The notes under the pieces: model-generated
The model's input: the letters and a program-made list of their open reading frames with translations, nothing else
What the model was told of the DNA's origin: nothing
The model's database searches: none
Translations under genes and position numbers: made by a program
IMG/VR virus record: IMGVR_UViG_3300042511_000631
Span: 32,519-96,518 of that record
DNA length: 64,000 nucleotides
Strand: one strand, 5' to 3'
DNA from: a virus
In this document: in pieces, positions 41,529-49,940 of the stretch
How positions within the stretch are numbered: the first letter of the stretch is position 1
How the letters are laid out: each line of letters opens with the position of its first letter

Positions 41529-41614
41529 TTGGTAAGCGCAGATCTAGCTACGAGTGATAGGACTCGATCATGACTAGCCTTAGCAGGAAAGGTTGAAGCT
41601 TTAACGCTTACCAA
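41529..41614 (-). ncRNA. Candidate multi-branched structured RNA
   Basis: 10-bp closing stem TTGGTAAGCG/CGCTTACCAA; inner hairpin CGAGT-CCTATC-ACTCG. Confidence 0.4.
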
Positions 41615-41627
41615 CTGTGACTAAACT

Positions 41628-41783
41628 TTAGTTACTAGGTCGAAATCCAAACTCTTCGTCATCATCCTCTTCGTGATCGTGAACGTGCTCTTCATCGTCT
41701 TCATCGTCTTCAAGGGCTGGGATAAAGTTTGGATCATTCGTCGGTGTCCAATCAGGGTTCGGTATAATCTCTTGCGGGGTCAC
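41628..41783 (-). CDS. Very acidic 51-aa protein (not in ORF track)
   Basis: GTG start overlapping the upstream stop; EDDEDDEEHVHDHEEDDDEE. Confidence 0.5.
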   Translation of the reverse strand: MTPQEIIPNPDWTPTNDPNFIPALEDDEDDEEHVHDHEEDDDEEFGFRPSN

Positions 41784-42064
41784 ACTTCTACCTTAAACAC
41801 TACATCGCCATTAAAGTAAACTGGCTTATCTTTGAGATCTCTCTCTGTATTAGCGGCCATTTTAATACTCTTCTTAGGTGTGTGCTCTAGCACCATAGCC
41901 TTGAGCCAACGCTTTCCAGCTGAGGCATTTGACCATGCGGCATATCCAGCGTTGACTGGTCGATCAAAATCAGATCGAGTTATTACAAACTCAGCGATCC
42001 ACGCACCACCTTGTTCGGTGTTCTTGCGTAGCTCTCCGTTAAAATTAGCGTTTACTTTAGCCAT
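41780..42064 (-). CDS. Hypothetical early-region protein
   Basis: GAGGAG RBS before ATG 42064. Confidence 0.6.
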   Translation of the reverse strand: MAKVNANFNGELRKNTEQGGAWIAEFVITRSDFDRPVNAGYAAWSNASAGKRWLKAMVLEHTPKKSIKMAANTERDLKDKPVYFNGDVVFKVEV

Positions 42065-42245
42065 TGATCTCCTCAATTCTGACTTCCGCGAGGGTGTTCT
42101 CGAAGTCGTCTTTAATCCATTTGTGAATCATATCTCTTGCGTCTTCTTCTGTAAAATCTTCAGCTGGATAGTCTTCGGCGAAGTCGTTCATTACATCTTC
42201 GATCTTGTATTCCACCGTCGCGGTGGCTCGGATCATCGTACACAT
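42057..42245 (-). CDS. Small acidic protein
   Basis: D/E-rich coupled ORF. Confidence 0.55.
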   Translation of the reverse strand: MCTMIRATATVEYKIEDVMNDFAEDYPAEDFTEEDARDMIHKWIKDDFENTLAEVRIEEING

Positions 42246-42592
42246 TATAGGTACCCATCTCTTCGATCAGACTCATGGGTTCTACCTTCATGCCACCAAC
42301 CTACTATGACATCGGTAAGGATATCGACGAACTCAGCCTTCTTATCCTCTTTAATGAAGTCGTACTGTAGCAGCAATCTTTTGGCCTGTTTCCTAGCATT
42401 AGCGTATATGTTTTTTGCGGTAATCTGATTAGCATAGTTAAGTGAAGGTGGAATTAGCTCTCTTAACCTACGCGCTTCAGCAATTTTAGCGGCACGCTCA
42501 GCTTCTTGCTCAGGCGTACGCGCCGGTCGACCGGTCATCTCGTTGCGCCAAGCGTCTAGCACATTGTTTAGCGACTTTACTTGGTCACTCAT
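42245..42592 (-). CDS. Hypothetical protein
   Basis: Coupled ORF. Confidence 0.55.
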   Translation of the reverse strand: MSDQVKSLNNVLDAWRNEMTGRPARTPEQEAERAAKIAEARRLRELIPPSLNYANQITAKNIYANARKQAKRLLLQYDFIKEDKKAEFVDILTDVIVGWWHEGRTHESDRRDGYL

Positions 42593-42931
42593 TTATTTCA
42601 CTAACACTTGAATATCGCGGTATTTGACATCAAAGTATAGATCTCTCTCTACTCCCTCTTCATCTTTGTAGAATACTTCTATTCCGAGGGCATTTATTCT
42701 TACGCCGGTTACTTTATAACTTGCGTCGCCAAGGTGGTATTTTTCATGGGTATTGACACTTACGATGAAAGCTTCATGACTTTCATATAAATTACCGTCA
42801 ATCTCTAAAATACTACTATCGTTGTACGGGCGGCCTTCTGGTAATGGCATTGAGTCATCCCAAAGGTCGATTATGTTTGGATCGGTTTCGGTCTTTATCA
42901 TTTGTTTCCTTAGTTTGTGTTGGTTTGGCAT
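42593..42931 (-). CDS. Hypothetical protein (start may be 42902)
   Basis: AAGGA RBS before the internal ATG. Confidence 0.55.
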   Translation of the reverse strand: MPNQHKLRKQMIKTETDPNIIDLWDDSMPLPEGRPYNDSSILEIDGNLYESHEAFIVSVNTHEKYHLGDASYKVTGVRINALGIEVFYKDEEGVERDLYFDVKYRDIQVLVK

Positions 42932-42966
42932 ATTTTATACACGATTACCGGCTACTCGCCAGTAAC

Positions 42967-43074
42967 TTAATCTAGGGTTAAACCTTTGTCTAACCAGTTA
43001 GCTAGGCAGACTGGGCAGCCTAACGCGGTCTTGCTCTCTTCCGGATACTCATGGCCTTGATCGCAGGTAATCAT
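42967..43074 (-). CDS. 35-aa zinc-finger microprotein
   Basis: MITCDQGH..GCPVC. Confidence 0.55.
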   Translation of the reverse strand: MITCDQGHEYPEESKTALGCPVCLANWLDKGLTLD

Positions 43075-43281
43075 TTACTCTTCCCAGCAGTCCACGCATG
43101 AGTTCATGAGCTTAATGCTCTCTACTTCATTGAGCGTAGCTAAGCCCACCTCTAACCTGCCCACGCCACTTGGGTCGCGGGGGTCGGGTAGCCTCTCCCA
43201 TGCGCAGAATCTACATACAGCTAACACGCTTAGGTCACGCTTAGGGCGACTTGTAATAGGTATTACATTCTCATAATCCAC
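43075..43281 (-). CDS. Small zinc-finger protein (start approximate)
   Basis: CRFC..CVDC. Confidence 0.5.
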   Translation of the reverse strand: MDYENVIPITSRPKRDLSVLAVCRFCAWERLPDPRDPSGVGRLEVGLATLNEVESIKLMNSCVDCWEE

Positions 43282-43489
43282 GTTTAATATCCTCTCTAGC
43301 AAATATGACACGGTATATCTCTTGATAGATAGCCGTATAACCGTCAAGCATTCCGTTGTAATAAGCTTTATCTAACTCAGCAGCTTCCTCTATCAATTCC
43401 TCTAAGTCATACATACGGGACTTGAGATCACCATGGATAAGGTCGTGTATCTCTATATCTAAACACGCAATAGCTTTCTCGCTAATCAC
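43271..43489 (-). CDS. Small acidic protein
   Basis: AAGGAG RBS. Confidence 0.55.
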   Translation of the reverse strand: MISEKAIACLDIEIHDLIHGDLKSRMYDLEELIEEAAELDKAYYNGMLDGYTAIYQEIYRVIFAREDIKRGL

Positions 43490-43778
43490 TTAATTCTCCT
43501 TGCTTAATAGCCAATAGTCTTAGTTCCGGCGTTAAACACTCTTCATGGTACTTATCGTTGTATCCATTCTCATTTACTACGGTGATATCCATATCTAAAT
43601 AGATATTCTTTCCGCAGCCGTCACACTCGTAACCGGCACACTCTCCGCAACGCCAGCCGTCTTGCTCTCCGTCGTCGCAGCTAAGGCGGTCAATACCAAT
43701 ACCAACGGTTGAACCGTCGGCCATAGTAAGAATACCTAAGGTAGGTTTCCCGCAGTCAAGGCAAGGGTCATTACTCAT
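43482..43778 (-). CDS. Double zinc-finger protein
   Basis: CLDC..CGEC..CDGC..HEEC. Confidence 0.6.
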   Translation of the reverse strand: MSNDPCLDCGKPTLGILTMADGSTVGIGIDRLSCDDGEQDGWRCGECAGYECDGCGKNIYLDMDITVVNENGYNDKYHEECLTPELRLLAIKQGELSD

Positions 43779-43954
43779 TCTGTAACCTCTTCCGTTTCAA
43801 AGAAAGTGTTAACGGTTTCGCTATTAGACTCCCAGCCATAAACTTCAATATCAGTCATAAGCATTTTTTCAGCTGCCTCTTGGCTCTCAGCTTCATACAC
43901 GTCGTACCAAATATGATTAACTAATTCTGTATATCTAACGGCATATTTAGGCAT
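43775..43954 (-). CDS. 59-aa acidic protein (not in ORF track)
   Basis: MPKYAVRYTE..EAESQEAAE; coupled at both ends. Confidence 0.55.
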   Translation of the reverse strand: MPKYAVRYTELVNHIWYDVYEAESQEAAEKMLMTDIEVYGWESNSETVNTFFETEEVTE

Positions 43955-44109
43955 TAGTTTTCCTCTCTATCGTAATCGACTAGCACTTCATAGCATTCCG
44001 TACACTCGATAGCTACGTTCACAACTTCACTATCTTTATTTACATACCTAGTTATTGAAATATCGTGGCCAAAGTGTGTGTCAAGCTCGGTTAAAGTCTG
44101 TACGCTCAT
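43954..44109 (-). CDS. 51-aa zinc-binding microprotein
   Basis: HFGH..CTEC; coupled. Confidence 0.55.
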   Translation of the reverse strand: MSVQTLTELDTHFGHDISITRYVNKDSEVVNVAIECTECYEVLVDYDREEN

Positions 44110-44339
44110 AACCCTGCCCTTCGTTCAGCTTTCTTTATAGCTTCTTGGATAGTCCGGCAGTAATCCCCGCGGGAACAATTACCGTCATCTGTGGAATCCC
44201 ATACTACATAAGGGTCATAACTGTTTTCTCTCATCGCGAGAACTATATGGTGATCAACTGACAACTGCCAGCTTTCTACACACAACGCGCCGTTTTGTAA
44301 CTGTGTGCCCCGTAGCGCACCGCTCTCTAGTGTGGTCAT
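44106..44339 (-). CDS. Hypothetical protein
   Basis: Coupled ORF. Confidence 0.55.
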   Translation of the reverse strand: MTTLESGALRGTQLQNGALCVESWQLSVDHHIVLAMRENSYDPYVVWDSTDDGNCSRGDYCRTIQEAIKKAERRAGL

Positions 44340-44342
44340 TTG

Positions 44343-44654
44343 TTATTCCCTTTCCTCTACAGATAGATAATGCTTACCTTCAATTTGAACGTATTCATAT
44401 TCAGTATTACCACCGTCAACGACATACCACTCGCCTCCGCCCATTTCAGATATAACGTCGAGAATGTCATACCAATACTCACCCTGAAACCAAGCGTTAG
44501 TGTCAAACTCTTTCAACGTTATCCCGCTGATATCACTTACATAACCGTCGACCGGTGAGGTAAAGCTTAAGCCTCCCTCTATCTCGGTGATCTCGATATT
44601 TGCCCAGATTACTCCGTGCTTATTACGTTCATAATTTTTAGTTATAGTAGTCAT
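44343..44654 (-). CDS. Acidic hypothetical protein
   Basis: Coupled ORF. Confidence 0.55.
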   Translation of the reverse strand: MTTITKNYERNKHGVIWANIEITEIEGGLSFTSPVDGYVSDISGITLKEFDTNAWFQGEYWYDILDVISEMGGGEWYVVDGGNTEYEYVQIEGKHYLSVEERE

Positions 44655-44866
44655 TACTTCTCTTCCTCTTCATCTTGGTATTGAGCCTCTAAGTGGTCGT
44701 TGACATGACCCACGCAGTTATCTAATGCGTTTTCAATTAGCTCTAACGCTTGCTCTTGATCTTTATAAGGCGTGTAATCCTCTTCCCCCCAATAGGTATA
44801 AACCAATACTTCATCAGGGTTTATCTTCATTAAGTCTTCGATTAACTCTTTAACGGTACTGATCAT
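44654..44866 (-). CDS. Acidic hypothetical protein
   Basis: AAGGAGGT RBS. Confidence 0.55.
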   Translation of the reverse strand: MISTVKELIEDLMKINPDEVLVYTYWGEEDYTPYKDQEQALELIENALDNCVGHVNDHLEAQYQDEEEEK

Positions 44867-45006
44867 GCTGATACCTCCTTAGGGCAGTCTGGATATGGAA
44901 AGTCCTCTTGCTCTTCGCATGAGCACCAGTTAAACCGTTCAACTTGGGTGGCATGAGTTAGCTCTGCCAACTCTCCCCAGCTAATTGACTCTTGATCTTT
45001 ACTCAT
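44863..45006 (-). CDS. 47-aa protein (not in ORF track)
   Basis: ATGA-coupled at both ends; H..CSC..C. Confidence 0.5.
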   Translation of the reverse strand: MSKDQESISWGELAELTHATQVERFNWCSCEEQEDFPYPDCPKEVSA

Positions 45007-45581
45007 GCTGATACCCGCTTCGCTGCTTGCTTAATCTCCCAGTCGATCAACGACTTAGCTTCGGTAATGGCGGCGGCGGTATCTTCCCAACCACCGTTAG
45101 AATCACCGTCAATATTGCTAATTACATGGCAGGTATCGCATTCCTCTTGCTTATAGATACGGAAGCGGTAGATATCCCCGCGGAGGTATCGGTCATAGAC
45201 ATATACGTCATTCCGAAGGTGCTCTTCGGCCTCTTCAATAGTCGTATATCCATATGAAGCCATATCGGCTTCGGTGGCATAGATAAACCCGACTTGACCA
45301 CTATCCCAAGGGTCGATACGCGTACCGACGTACATGGAGATACCGGAATGGTCATATAAACCGACCGGAAGGATAGCTACTGCCCCGCACTCAGCGATCA
45401 GGTGAGCTTTAAGTGCCTCCCATGAGTCAAAGTCATTCTCGGTTAGATCAGTCTTATCACCTAAATTGTATTTACGGTGGAAGCAAACCATATGACTGTC
45501 ATCTTGCCAGTCGCGGGGGTTTTGCGGGTCATCGTCTACTGATACTTCAATAGTCCAACCCTTATACTCGATAGACTCCAT
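45003..45581 (-). CDS. Conserved phage/mobile-element protein of unknown function
   Basis: NPR..W, YDHSG, WDSGQVGFIY motifs; acidic. Confidence 0.6.
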   Translation of the reverse strand: MESIEYKGWTIEVSVDDDPQNPRDWQDDSHMVCFHRKYNLGDKTDLTENDFDSWEALKAHLIAECGAVAILPVGLYDHSGISMYVGTRIDPWDSGQVGFIYATEADMASYGYTTIEEAEEHLRNDVYVYDRYLRGDIYRFRIYKQEECDTCHVISNIDGDSNGGWEDTAAAITEAKSLIDWEIKQAAKRVSA

Positions 45582-45583
45582 GG

Positions 45584-45754
45584 CTAGGCCACCTCTACGC
45601 GGAAGCCGAATGCTTCATACTGCTTAGCTAAGCGTTTAGCAGCAGCGGGAGTGAGTTCAGCTGATACAAACTCTTCACGGGTGATTAAGTCAATAATGCG
45701 GGTGGATACTTTCTTACGGGAGTTAAGCTTAGGTAGCTCGACTTCGGTGATCAT
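45584..45754 (-). CDS. 56-aa protein, first gene of the long leftward operon
   Basis: GAAAGG RBS, downstream of promoter 45810-45840. Confidence 0.55.
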   Translation of the reverse strand: MITEVELPKLNSRKKVSTRIIDLITREEFVSAELTPAAAKRLAKQYEAFGFRVEVA

Positions 45755-45809
45755 ATAGTTAACCTTTCAATAGAATAAATTAATCGCGGTGGCTATCACC
45801 ACTTTCCCT

Positions 45810-45840
45810 ATCATAGAGATAGACATATAGAGAGAGTCAA
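45810..45840 (-). promoter_or_regulatory. Leftward SigA-type promoter
   Basis: TTGACT-19-TATGAT followed by a 5' hairpin. Confidence 0.55.
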
Positions 45841-46110
45841 GCCAATATGGGCATATATAGCTATTGTTACCTAATCGTTATAATTGAGGGCTAGAGGGCT
45901 ACTTGGAAGCCTTGCCTCTCTCTCACTCTCTCTCTCTAGCTCATACACACTCTTATCAGCTAAGACTGTCCGGCAACCGGCAGATAATCTGGCCGCGCTG
46001 CTGGGTTGGCCGGTGAGCGGCCGGCAGTAGCCCAATATCGCTAAATAGCTATATCTCTTTGTCGACAATTGGCTAGCACGCCGGCCATAGCTTTGTCAAG
46101 CATCCGGCCG

Positions 46111-46126
46111 TGTTAGCTGCGTCACA
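46111..46126. promoter_or_regulatory. CRP/GlxR-like site
   Basis: TGTTA-GCTGCG-TCACA, one mismatch to TGTGA-N6-TCACA. Confidence 0.45.
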
Positions 46127-46143
46127 CGTTGATCTCTCTCTTT

Positions 46144-46187
46144 ACCCTATCCCGAAGGGATAAGGGGAGGGTGGGTCAACACAAACA
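46144..46187 (+). repeat. Hairpin/G4 repeat copy 1
   Basis: ACCCTATCCCGAAGGGATAAGGGGAGGGTGGGTCAACACAAACA. Confidence 0.95.
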
Positions 46188-46251
46188 AGTTGCCGAGCTG
46201 CGCCGGTCGCCCGGGCAGCTCAGCAAGCTGGCAGTGTTAGCTAATTCATCG

Positions 46252-46350
46252 TTAATCATCCTCTCTACAGATGTCGCACAGTCTTTCCGCGCAACATATT
46301 GACTCGACCGAGCAGCGTTCGCACCACTCTTTATCTAGATCACAGCTCAT
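46252..46350 (-). CDS. 32-aa Cys-rich microprotein
   Basis: MSCDLDKEWCERCSVESICCAERLCDIC; ATGA-coupled. Confidence 0.45.
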   Translation of the reverse strand: MSCDLDKEWCERCSVESICCAERLCDICREDD

Positions 46351-46673
46351 TTACACTCCAAGCTGTATAAAAGGTTCTCCGCGTACTCATACATCGGCGT
46401 GCCCTCAGCTACCTCTGTCCGGGCCCCGTCAAACCAGTCATGAAAGACATACTCCGCGGAAACGATCTCTCCGAACTTGTGCTTTATCTCTAAATAGTCA
46501 CTAGGGCCACCGTAGCTAAAACACACACGGGTGAACTCATATTGATCAATTGCGAGCGCGGGGTCGTCAAAATACTCATCTGGATCAGGGTGATCCATAA
46601 GCAGTCGTAGCTGCGCATTCCTCTGCGCTAGCTCAGCTTGAATGCGATCTTTACAAGGCTCATTACTACTCAT
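46347..46673 (-). CDS. Hypothetical protein
   Basis: Probable start MSSNEPC; SYGGPSD..DWFDGA motifs. Confidence 0.6.
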   Translation of the reverse strand: MSSNEPCKDRIQAELAQRNAQLRLLMDHPDPDEYFDDPALAIDQYEFTRVCFSYGGPSDYLEIKHKFGEIVSAEYVFHDWFDGARTEVAEGTPMYEYAENLLYSLECK

Positions 46674-46818
46674 TTTCACACCCGCACGCGCAGCTAACCG
46701 CTTCGGTAGCTGCTTCGAGCCCTTTCTCTTTAATATATTCGGTGGCGTAGAAAGAGGCCTCCCCAGCGGAGAGGCCAACCTCCATTCCCCAATCTTTAAG
46801 ACGATCAAACGTGCTCAT
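46666..46818 (-). CDS. 50-aa protein (not in ORF track)
   Basis: Coupled ORF MSTFDRLKDW. Confidence 0.45.
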   Translation of the reverse strand: MSTFDRLKDWGMEVGLSAGEASFYATEYIKEKGLEAATEAVSCACGCENE

Positions 46819-46994
46819 AGCTTCCCCTCAATATTCGTCGAATAGCACTCTTTACAAGTGCCTTCCTCAACCTCATGGAACTCTTTGTAAAAGACATCCT
46901 CAAGCTCACCTTTCTCATCGTACTCAGCTTCGTTATAGCTATTCTCACAATAAGTAAAGCGGCGGGTATTACCACAATCTAGACACTTAGGCAT
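46815..46994 (-). CDS. 59-aa acidic zinc-ribbon protein
   Basis: MPKCLDCG..CKEC; GGAGG RBS. Confidence 0.6.
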   Translation of the reverse strand: MPKCLDCGNTRRFTYCENSYNEAEYDEKGELEDVFYKEFHEVEEGTCKECYSTNIEGKL

Positions 46995-47277
46995 TTGTAA
47001 CCTCCAGTTTAGTAGTCCAGTCCGACATATCAGGGTAGTTCAGGCCGAATATAAAGCCACCGCCATTGCCTTCCTCATCTTGCGATATCTCTATCTTGAT
47101 TAGCTTGCCATTAGCAAGGCGCACCGAAAACTGCGGGAAGGAATCCTCACTACACTCAAGGCCAATTTTGCCCTTAAAGCTAATTATCTTTGCGCCCTCT
47201 AATTGGCTATAGTAACGCTTGTAAAACTCAGCAGCTTTAGCTGCGTGGTGATCGTTTAACGCACTCATCTCTCTCAT
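46987..47277 (-). CDS. Hypothetical protein
   Basis: SQDEEGNGGGF motif; first gene of its cassette. Confidence 0.6.
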   Translation of the reverse strand: MREMSALNDHHAAKAAEFYKRYYSQLEGAKIISFKGKIGLECSEDSFPQFSVRLANGKLIKIEISQDEEGNGGGFIFGLNYPDMSDWTTKLEVTNA

Positions 47278-47309
47278 CTCTCTATCAGTTGTGGTATCTC
47301 CACGGTCAT

Positions 47310-47348
47310 AAATTACTCTCTTTCAGCTACTTATCAACCGACACGCCG
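47310..47348 (-). promoter_or_regulatory. Cassette promoter with GACAC box
   Basis: CGGCGTGTCG then TTGATA-16-TAATTT. Confidence 0.55.
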
Positions 47349-47434
47349 CACTTTCGCAGCTATTTTTTTATAACAATATTGTTATCGACTCTCTCGGCGT
47401 GTCTACTTGACATTCCGGCCGACTCTCTCTCCAC

Positions 47435-47478
47435 ACCCTATCCCGAAGGGATAAGGGGAGGGTGGGCCAACACAAACA
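47435..47478 (+). repeat. Hairpin/G4 repeat copy 2
   Basis: ACCCTATCCCGAAGGGATAAGGGGAGGGTGGGCCAACACAAACA. Confidence 0.95.
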
Positions 47479-47506
47479 TTTGGCTTTTGGGTTTAGGCAT
47501 TTCCCT

Positions 47507-47560
47507 AAAATAAAAAGAGAAATGCCCCAGCTGCCGTCTAACAGCCAGGGCATTCTTTTC
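47507..47560 (-). terminator. Intrinsic terminator
   Basis: AATGCCC..GGGCATT stem with an A-rich left flank (U-tract on minus). Confidence 0.6.
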
Positions 47561-47580
47561 TCTGATAGGAGGAAACCTAT

Positions 47581-47862
47581 TTAATCACAACAGCCACAAC
47601 ATTCTACGCAGACCGGTTGATTATCTTTAATATGAGTCCGGCAAGCATACTCACTCATATTCATATCTGGATTCCGGCAGTCCTCACAGATGATCTCCGC
47701 TAATTGCTGCCATGTCATATCTCTTAAGTGCGGGGGTTCATCTTCATCTACATGAGTCCGATAATGGACTATCAGATCACTAGAGGTAGAGAAGTAACCA
47801 AAGCAATACTCACAGACTCTAGTTACCACAGCAACCCTCCCCATTATGGATCTCTTTAACAT
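47581..47862 (-). CDS. C2H2 zinc-finger plus Cys-cluster protein (true start likely ~47830-47844)
   Basis: CEYCFGYFSTSSDLIVHYRTH; CEDC..C..H..CVECCGCC. Confidence 0.65.
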   Translation of the reverse strand: MLKRSIMGRVAVVTRVCEYCFGYFSTSSDLIVHYRTHVDEDEPPHLRDMTWQQLAEIICEDCRNPDMNMSEYACRTHIKDNQPVCVECCGCCD

Positions 47863-47957
47863 CTAACCACCGTAGCACTTCACCGTCATAGACATCGGCG
47901 GTAAAGTTCATAATTGCGTTTAACCATTTTTCATCGATCTCAAGGGTGACTCTGTAG

Positions 47958-48377
47958 TTAGGCACTTGGCACCTCACTATGAGTCGACACGTATGAGTTC
48001 GCGCCCGGAACTACAACACTATTTAACTTGATAATCGCCTTATGAGGGCACGGGCAATCGGGGGTGGGCACATACTCCTCTTTCCAATAAGTAGTGATCT
48101 CCATTAGAGAGTCGCACTCGGTACAAAGATATTGGTGCTTAACCCATGCGCCAAAGTGTGTCTTATTGACCTTAGATACCAAGCCAAGTTCAGCGATCTG
48201 CGGAGAGAGTTCGTCAATCTCTTCATCTAACTCTACACGAATAGATATATAGTCATCATGGTCTTGATTCTGTCTAAGATAGTTCAGATCTACAGCAACG
48301 CCAATAGCCACATCTAGTAGTACCATGGCATCAGGGTCACCCTGTAAATACTTTTCTGCGATCTCGCGGTTGTTCAT
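47958..48377 (-). CDS. Hypothetical protein with zinc ribbon
   Basis: CTEC..CPC. Confidence 0.6.
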   Translation of the reverse strand: MNNREIAEKYLQGDPDAMVLLDVAIGVAVDLNYLRQNQDHDDYISIRVELDEEIDELSPQIAELGLVSKVNKTHFGAWVKHQYLCTECDSLMEITTYWKEEYVPTPDCPCPHKAIIKLNSVVVPGANSYVSTHSEVPSA

Positions 48378-48422
48378 ATTCTCACCTATCAGGATAAGTC
48401 GGCATTGTTACCGACAAAGCAC

Positions 48423-48461
48423 AAGGTAGTGCCTCTCTCAGTTAATTTCAACGACACGCCG
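48423..48461 (-). promoter_or_regulatory. Cassette promoter with GACAC box
   Basis: CGGCGTGTCG then TTGAAA-17-TACCTT. Confidence 0.65.
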
Positions 48462-48523
48462 TAAAATTACTATAACGATATTGTTATAAACTTAACGGCG
48501 TGTCGCCTTGACTCTCTCTCAAT

Positions 48524-48566
48524 ACCCTATCCCGAAGGGATAAGGGGAGGGTGGGCCAACACAAAC
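48524..48566 (+). repeat. Hairpin/G4 repeat copy 3
   Basis: Identical core to copy 2. Confidence 0.95.
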
Positions 48567-48612
48567 TAATAAGCATTGAGGCTTTGGGCAAAATAGTATT
48601 TTGGCATGCCCT

Positions 48613-48651
48613 AAAAAAAAGATCGCCCCCACCGGCAACCGGCAGGGGCGA
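48613..48651 (-). terminator. Intrinsic terminator
   Basis: TCGCCCC/GGGGCGA stem plus A8 (U8 on minus). Confidence 0.75.
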
Positions 48652-48664
48652 GCTTCTATTTAAT

Positions 48665-48823
48665 TTAATCGAAATAACCTTCAGCCCACAGCCCATTTAG
48701 AAAGACTGTCGCCATAGTTAAATTACCATGTAACCAAGGGTCATCAGTATCATTAACAGTAGTTAAAGCAGACTCAATAGCAGTAACCATGTCATCTAGG
48801 TCAGCTTTGGTATATCCCAGCAT
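48665..48823 (-). CDS. 52-aa protein (not in ORF track)
   Basis: MLGYTKADLDDM..LWAEGYFD. Confidence 0.5.
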   Translation of the reverse strand: MLGYTKADLDDMVTAIESALTTVNDTDDPWLHGNLTMATVFLNGLWAEGYFD

Positions 48824-48826
48824 GGC

Positions 48827-49297
48827 TCACCAACTCGACTGGTACTCGAACGACCAGTATTGTCCATATTTTGCGGTGTGTAGGCACTTGTCAACGATAG
48901 CAATCGTATTGCTAAGGCTTTGGTAATACCAGTCATCTCGCTCAGCATTACCAAAGAAAAACCCTTCGGTAGGTTCTAGCACTCCGCCACCTTTACCGCC
49001 AGCAGGTACCAGCAACTCTAACTGGCAAGCCTCTTTAAGTTTGACTAGATCGTCAACGCTTACATAATACGGCTTACAATTATCCTCACCGCCTTGGACA
49101 TTTTCAACGAACCAGTTATGAATTGCGTTAGCCTTGCGCCAATAACCAACATTGAAAGAGATCTCCATTGACGGGGATTGCTCTGATATTTCGACTTGCG
49201 GATATAAAGCTTTTAAGCGATCAAACTCGCTTGTATCGTCTTGGTGCGACCAGCCGCTTATATATTTTTTTGCGTATAAATACATATCTAAACCCAT
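48827..49297 (-). CDS. Conserved phage protein of unknown function
   Basis: MGLDMYL, YWRKANAIHNWFV, GFFFG, YQSSW. Confidence 0.7.
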   Translation of the reverse strand: MGLDMYLYAKKYISGWSHQDDTSEFDRLKALYPQVEISEQSPSMEISFNVGYWRKANAIHNWFVENVQGGEDNCKPYYVSVDDLVKLKEACQLELLVPAGGKGGGVLEPTEGFFFGNAERDDWYYQSLSNTIAIVDKCLHTAKYGQYWSFEYQSSW

Positions 49298-49321
49298 TTA
49301 CTTACTCCTATCTAGTAGTTT

Positions 49322-49351
49322 GGTGAGCAGTTTAATCTCATGCTCAGGAGA
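49322..49351 (-). ncRNA. Small pseudoknot motif, copy 2
   Basis: TCTC-CTGAGCAT-GAGA-TTAAACT-GCTCA. Confidence 0.6.
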
Positions 49352-49360
49352 GATAGGGGA

Positions 49361-49852
49361 TTACGCCAGCGTTTCGGCAGTAATTTTTTGGTTAGCGATC
49401 TCGTTGATGGCTTCAACGATCTTTGAGTGTAGCCCGTCACGCATTTGCTGAACTGATTCGGGTGACCAGCCAGCGCGGATTACGCGTACCACTAGCAAGG
49501 CTAGTGAGTAACTAGGATCTGCCACTAGACACTTTTCTAGTGACGCCATAGCGTCAGCGGTTAGCCCTACTTCATACTGATAAAGGGCTAATACAGCGTT
49601 AAACGGGGTGCGGTGATTCTCCGCGACATTTTCTGCTAGGTAAGCAAGATATTCAAACGCGGTCATAAAGTCTTTTGACTCTACTGTGAAACCGATTAGG
49701 TAATCGCGCAACTGAACTTCATTTGCTACGGCATAACCGATAATGTCTAGTGACAATGGGCTAATGAACTTCTTATCTAAAAAACGCTGATAATTGTTGT
49801 CAATTATCAGTTTTGCCTCTGAAACAGTAGGCAAGGCTTCAATGCTTAACAT
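49361..49852 (-). CDS. DUF4192-like helical-repeat protein
   Basis: LRD..LA..Y..G..A..L..DP.YSLA.L..AG..P. Confidence 0.6.
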   Translation of the reverse strand: MLSIEALPTVSEAKLIIDNNYQRFLDKKFISPLSLDIIGYAVANEVQLRDYLIGFTVESKDFMTAFEYLAYLAENVAENHRTPFNAVLALYQYEVGLTADAMASLEKCLVADPSYSLALLVVRVIRAGWSPESVQQMRDGLHSKIVEAINEIANQKITAETLA

Positions 49853-49900
49853 TGAAATCTCCTATCAAGAGTTACTAGACCGATCTGATCTAGTAAGAGC

Positions 49901-49940
49901 AATTTAATCTCTCGCCCTGTCAATGTAAAGCGACACGCCG
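49901..49940 (-). promoter_or_regulatory. Cassette promoter with GACAC box
   Basis: CGGCGTGTCG then TTTACA-17-TAAATT. Confidence 0.65.

Noticed and set aside
45910-45950. CT microsatellite as a phase-variation tract
   Set aside because: Imperfect, intergenic and not within an identifiable promoter spacer
47368-48696. Similar short ORFs 47368-47553 and 48484-48696 sharing CWPTLPLSLRDRV
   Set aside because: The similarity comes solely from translating the non-coding repeat, and both cross terminators
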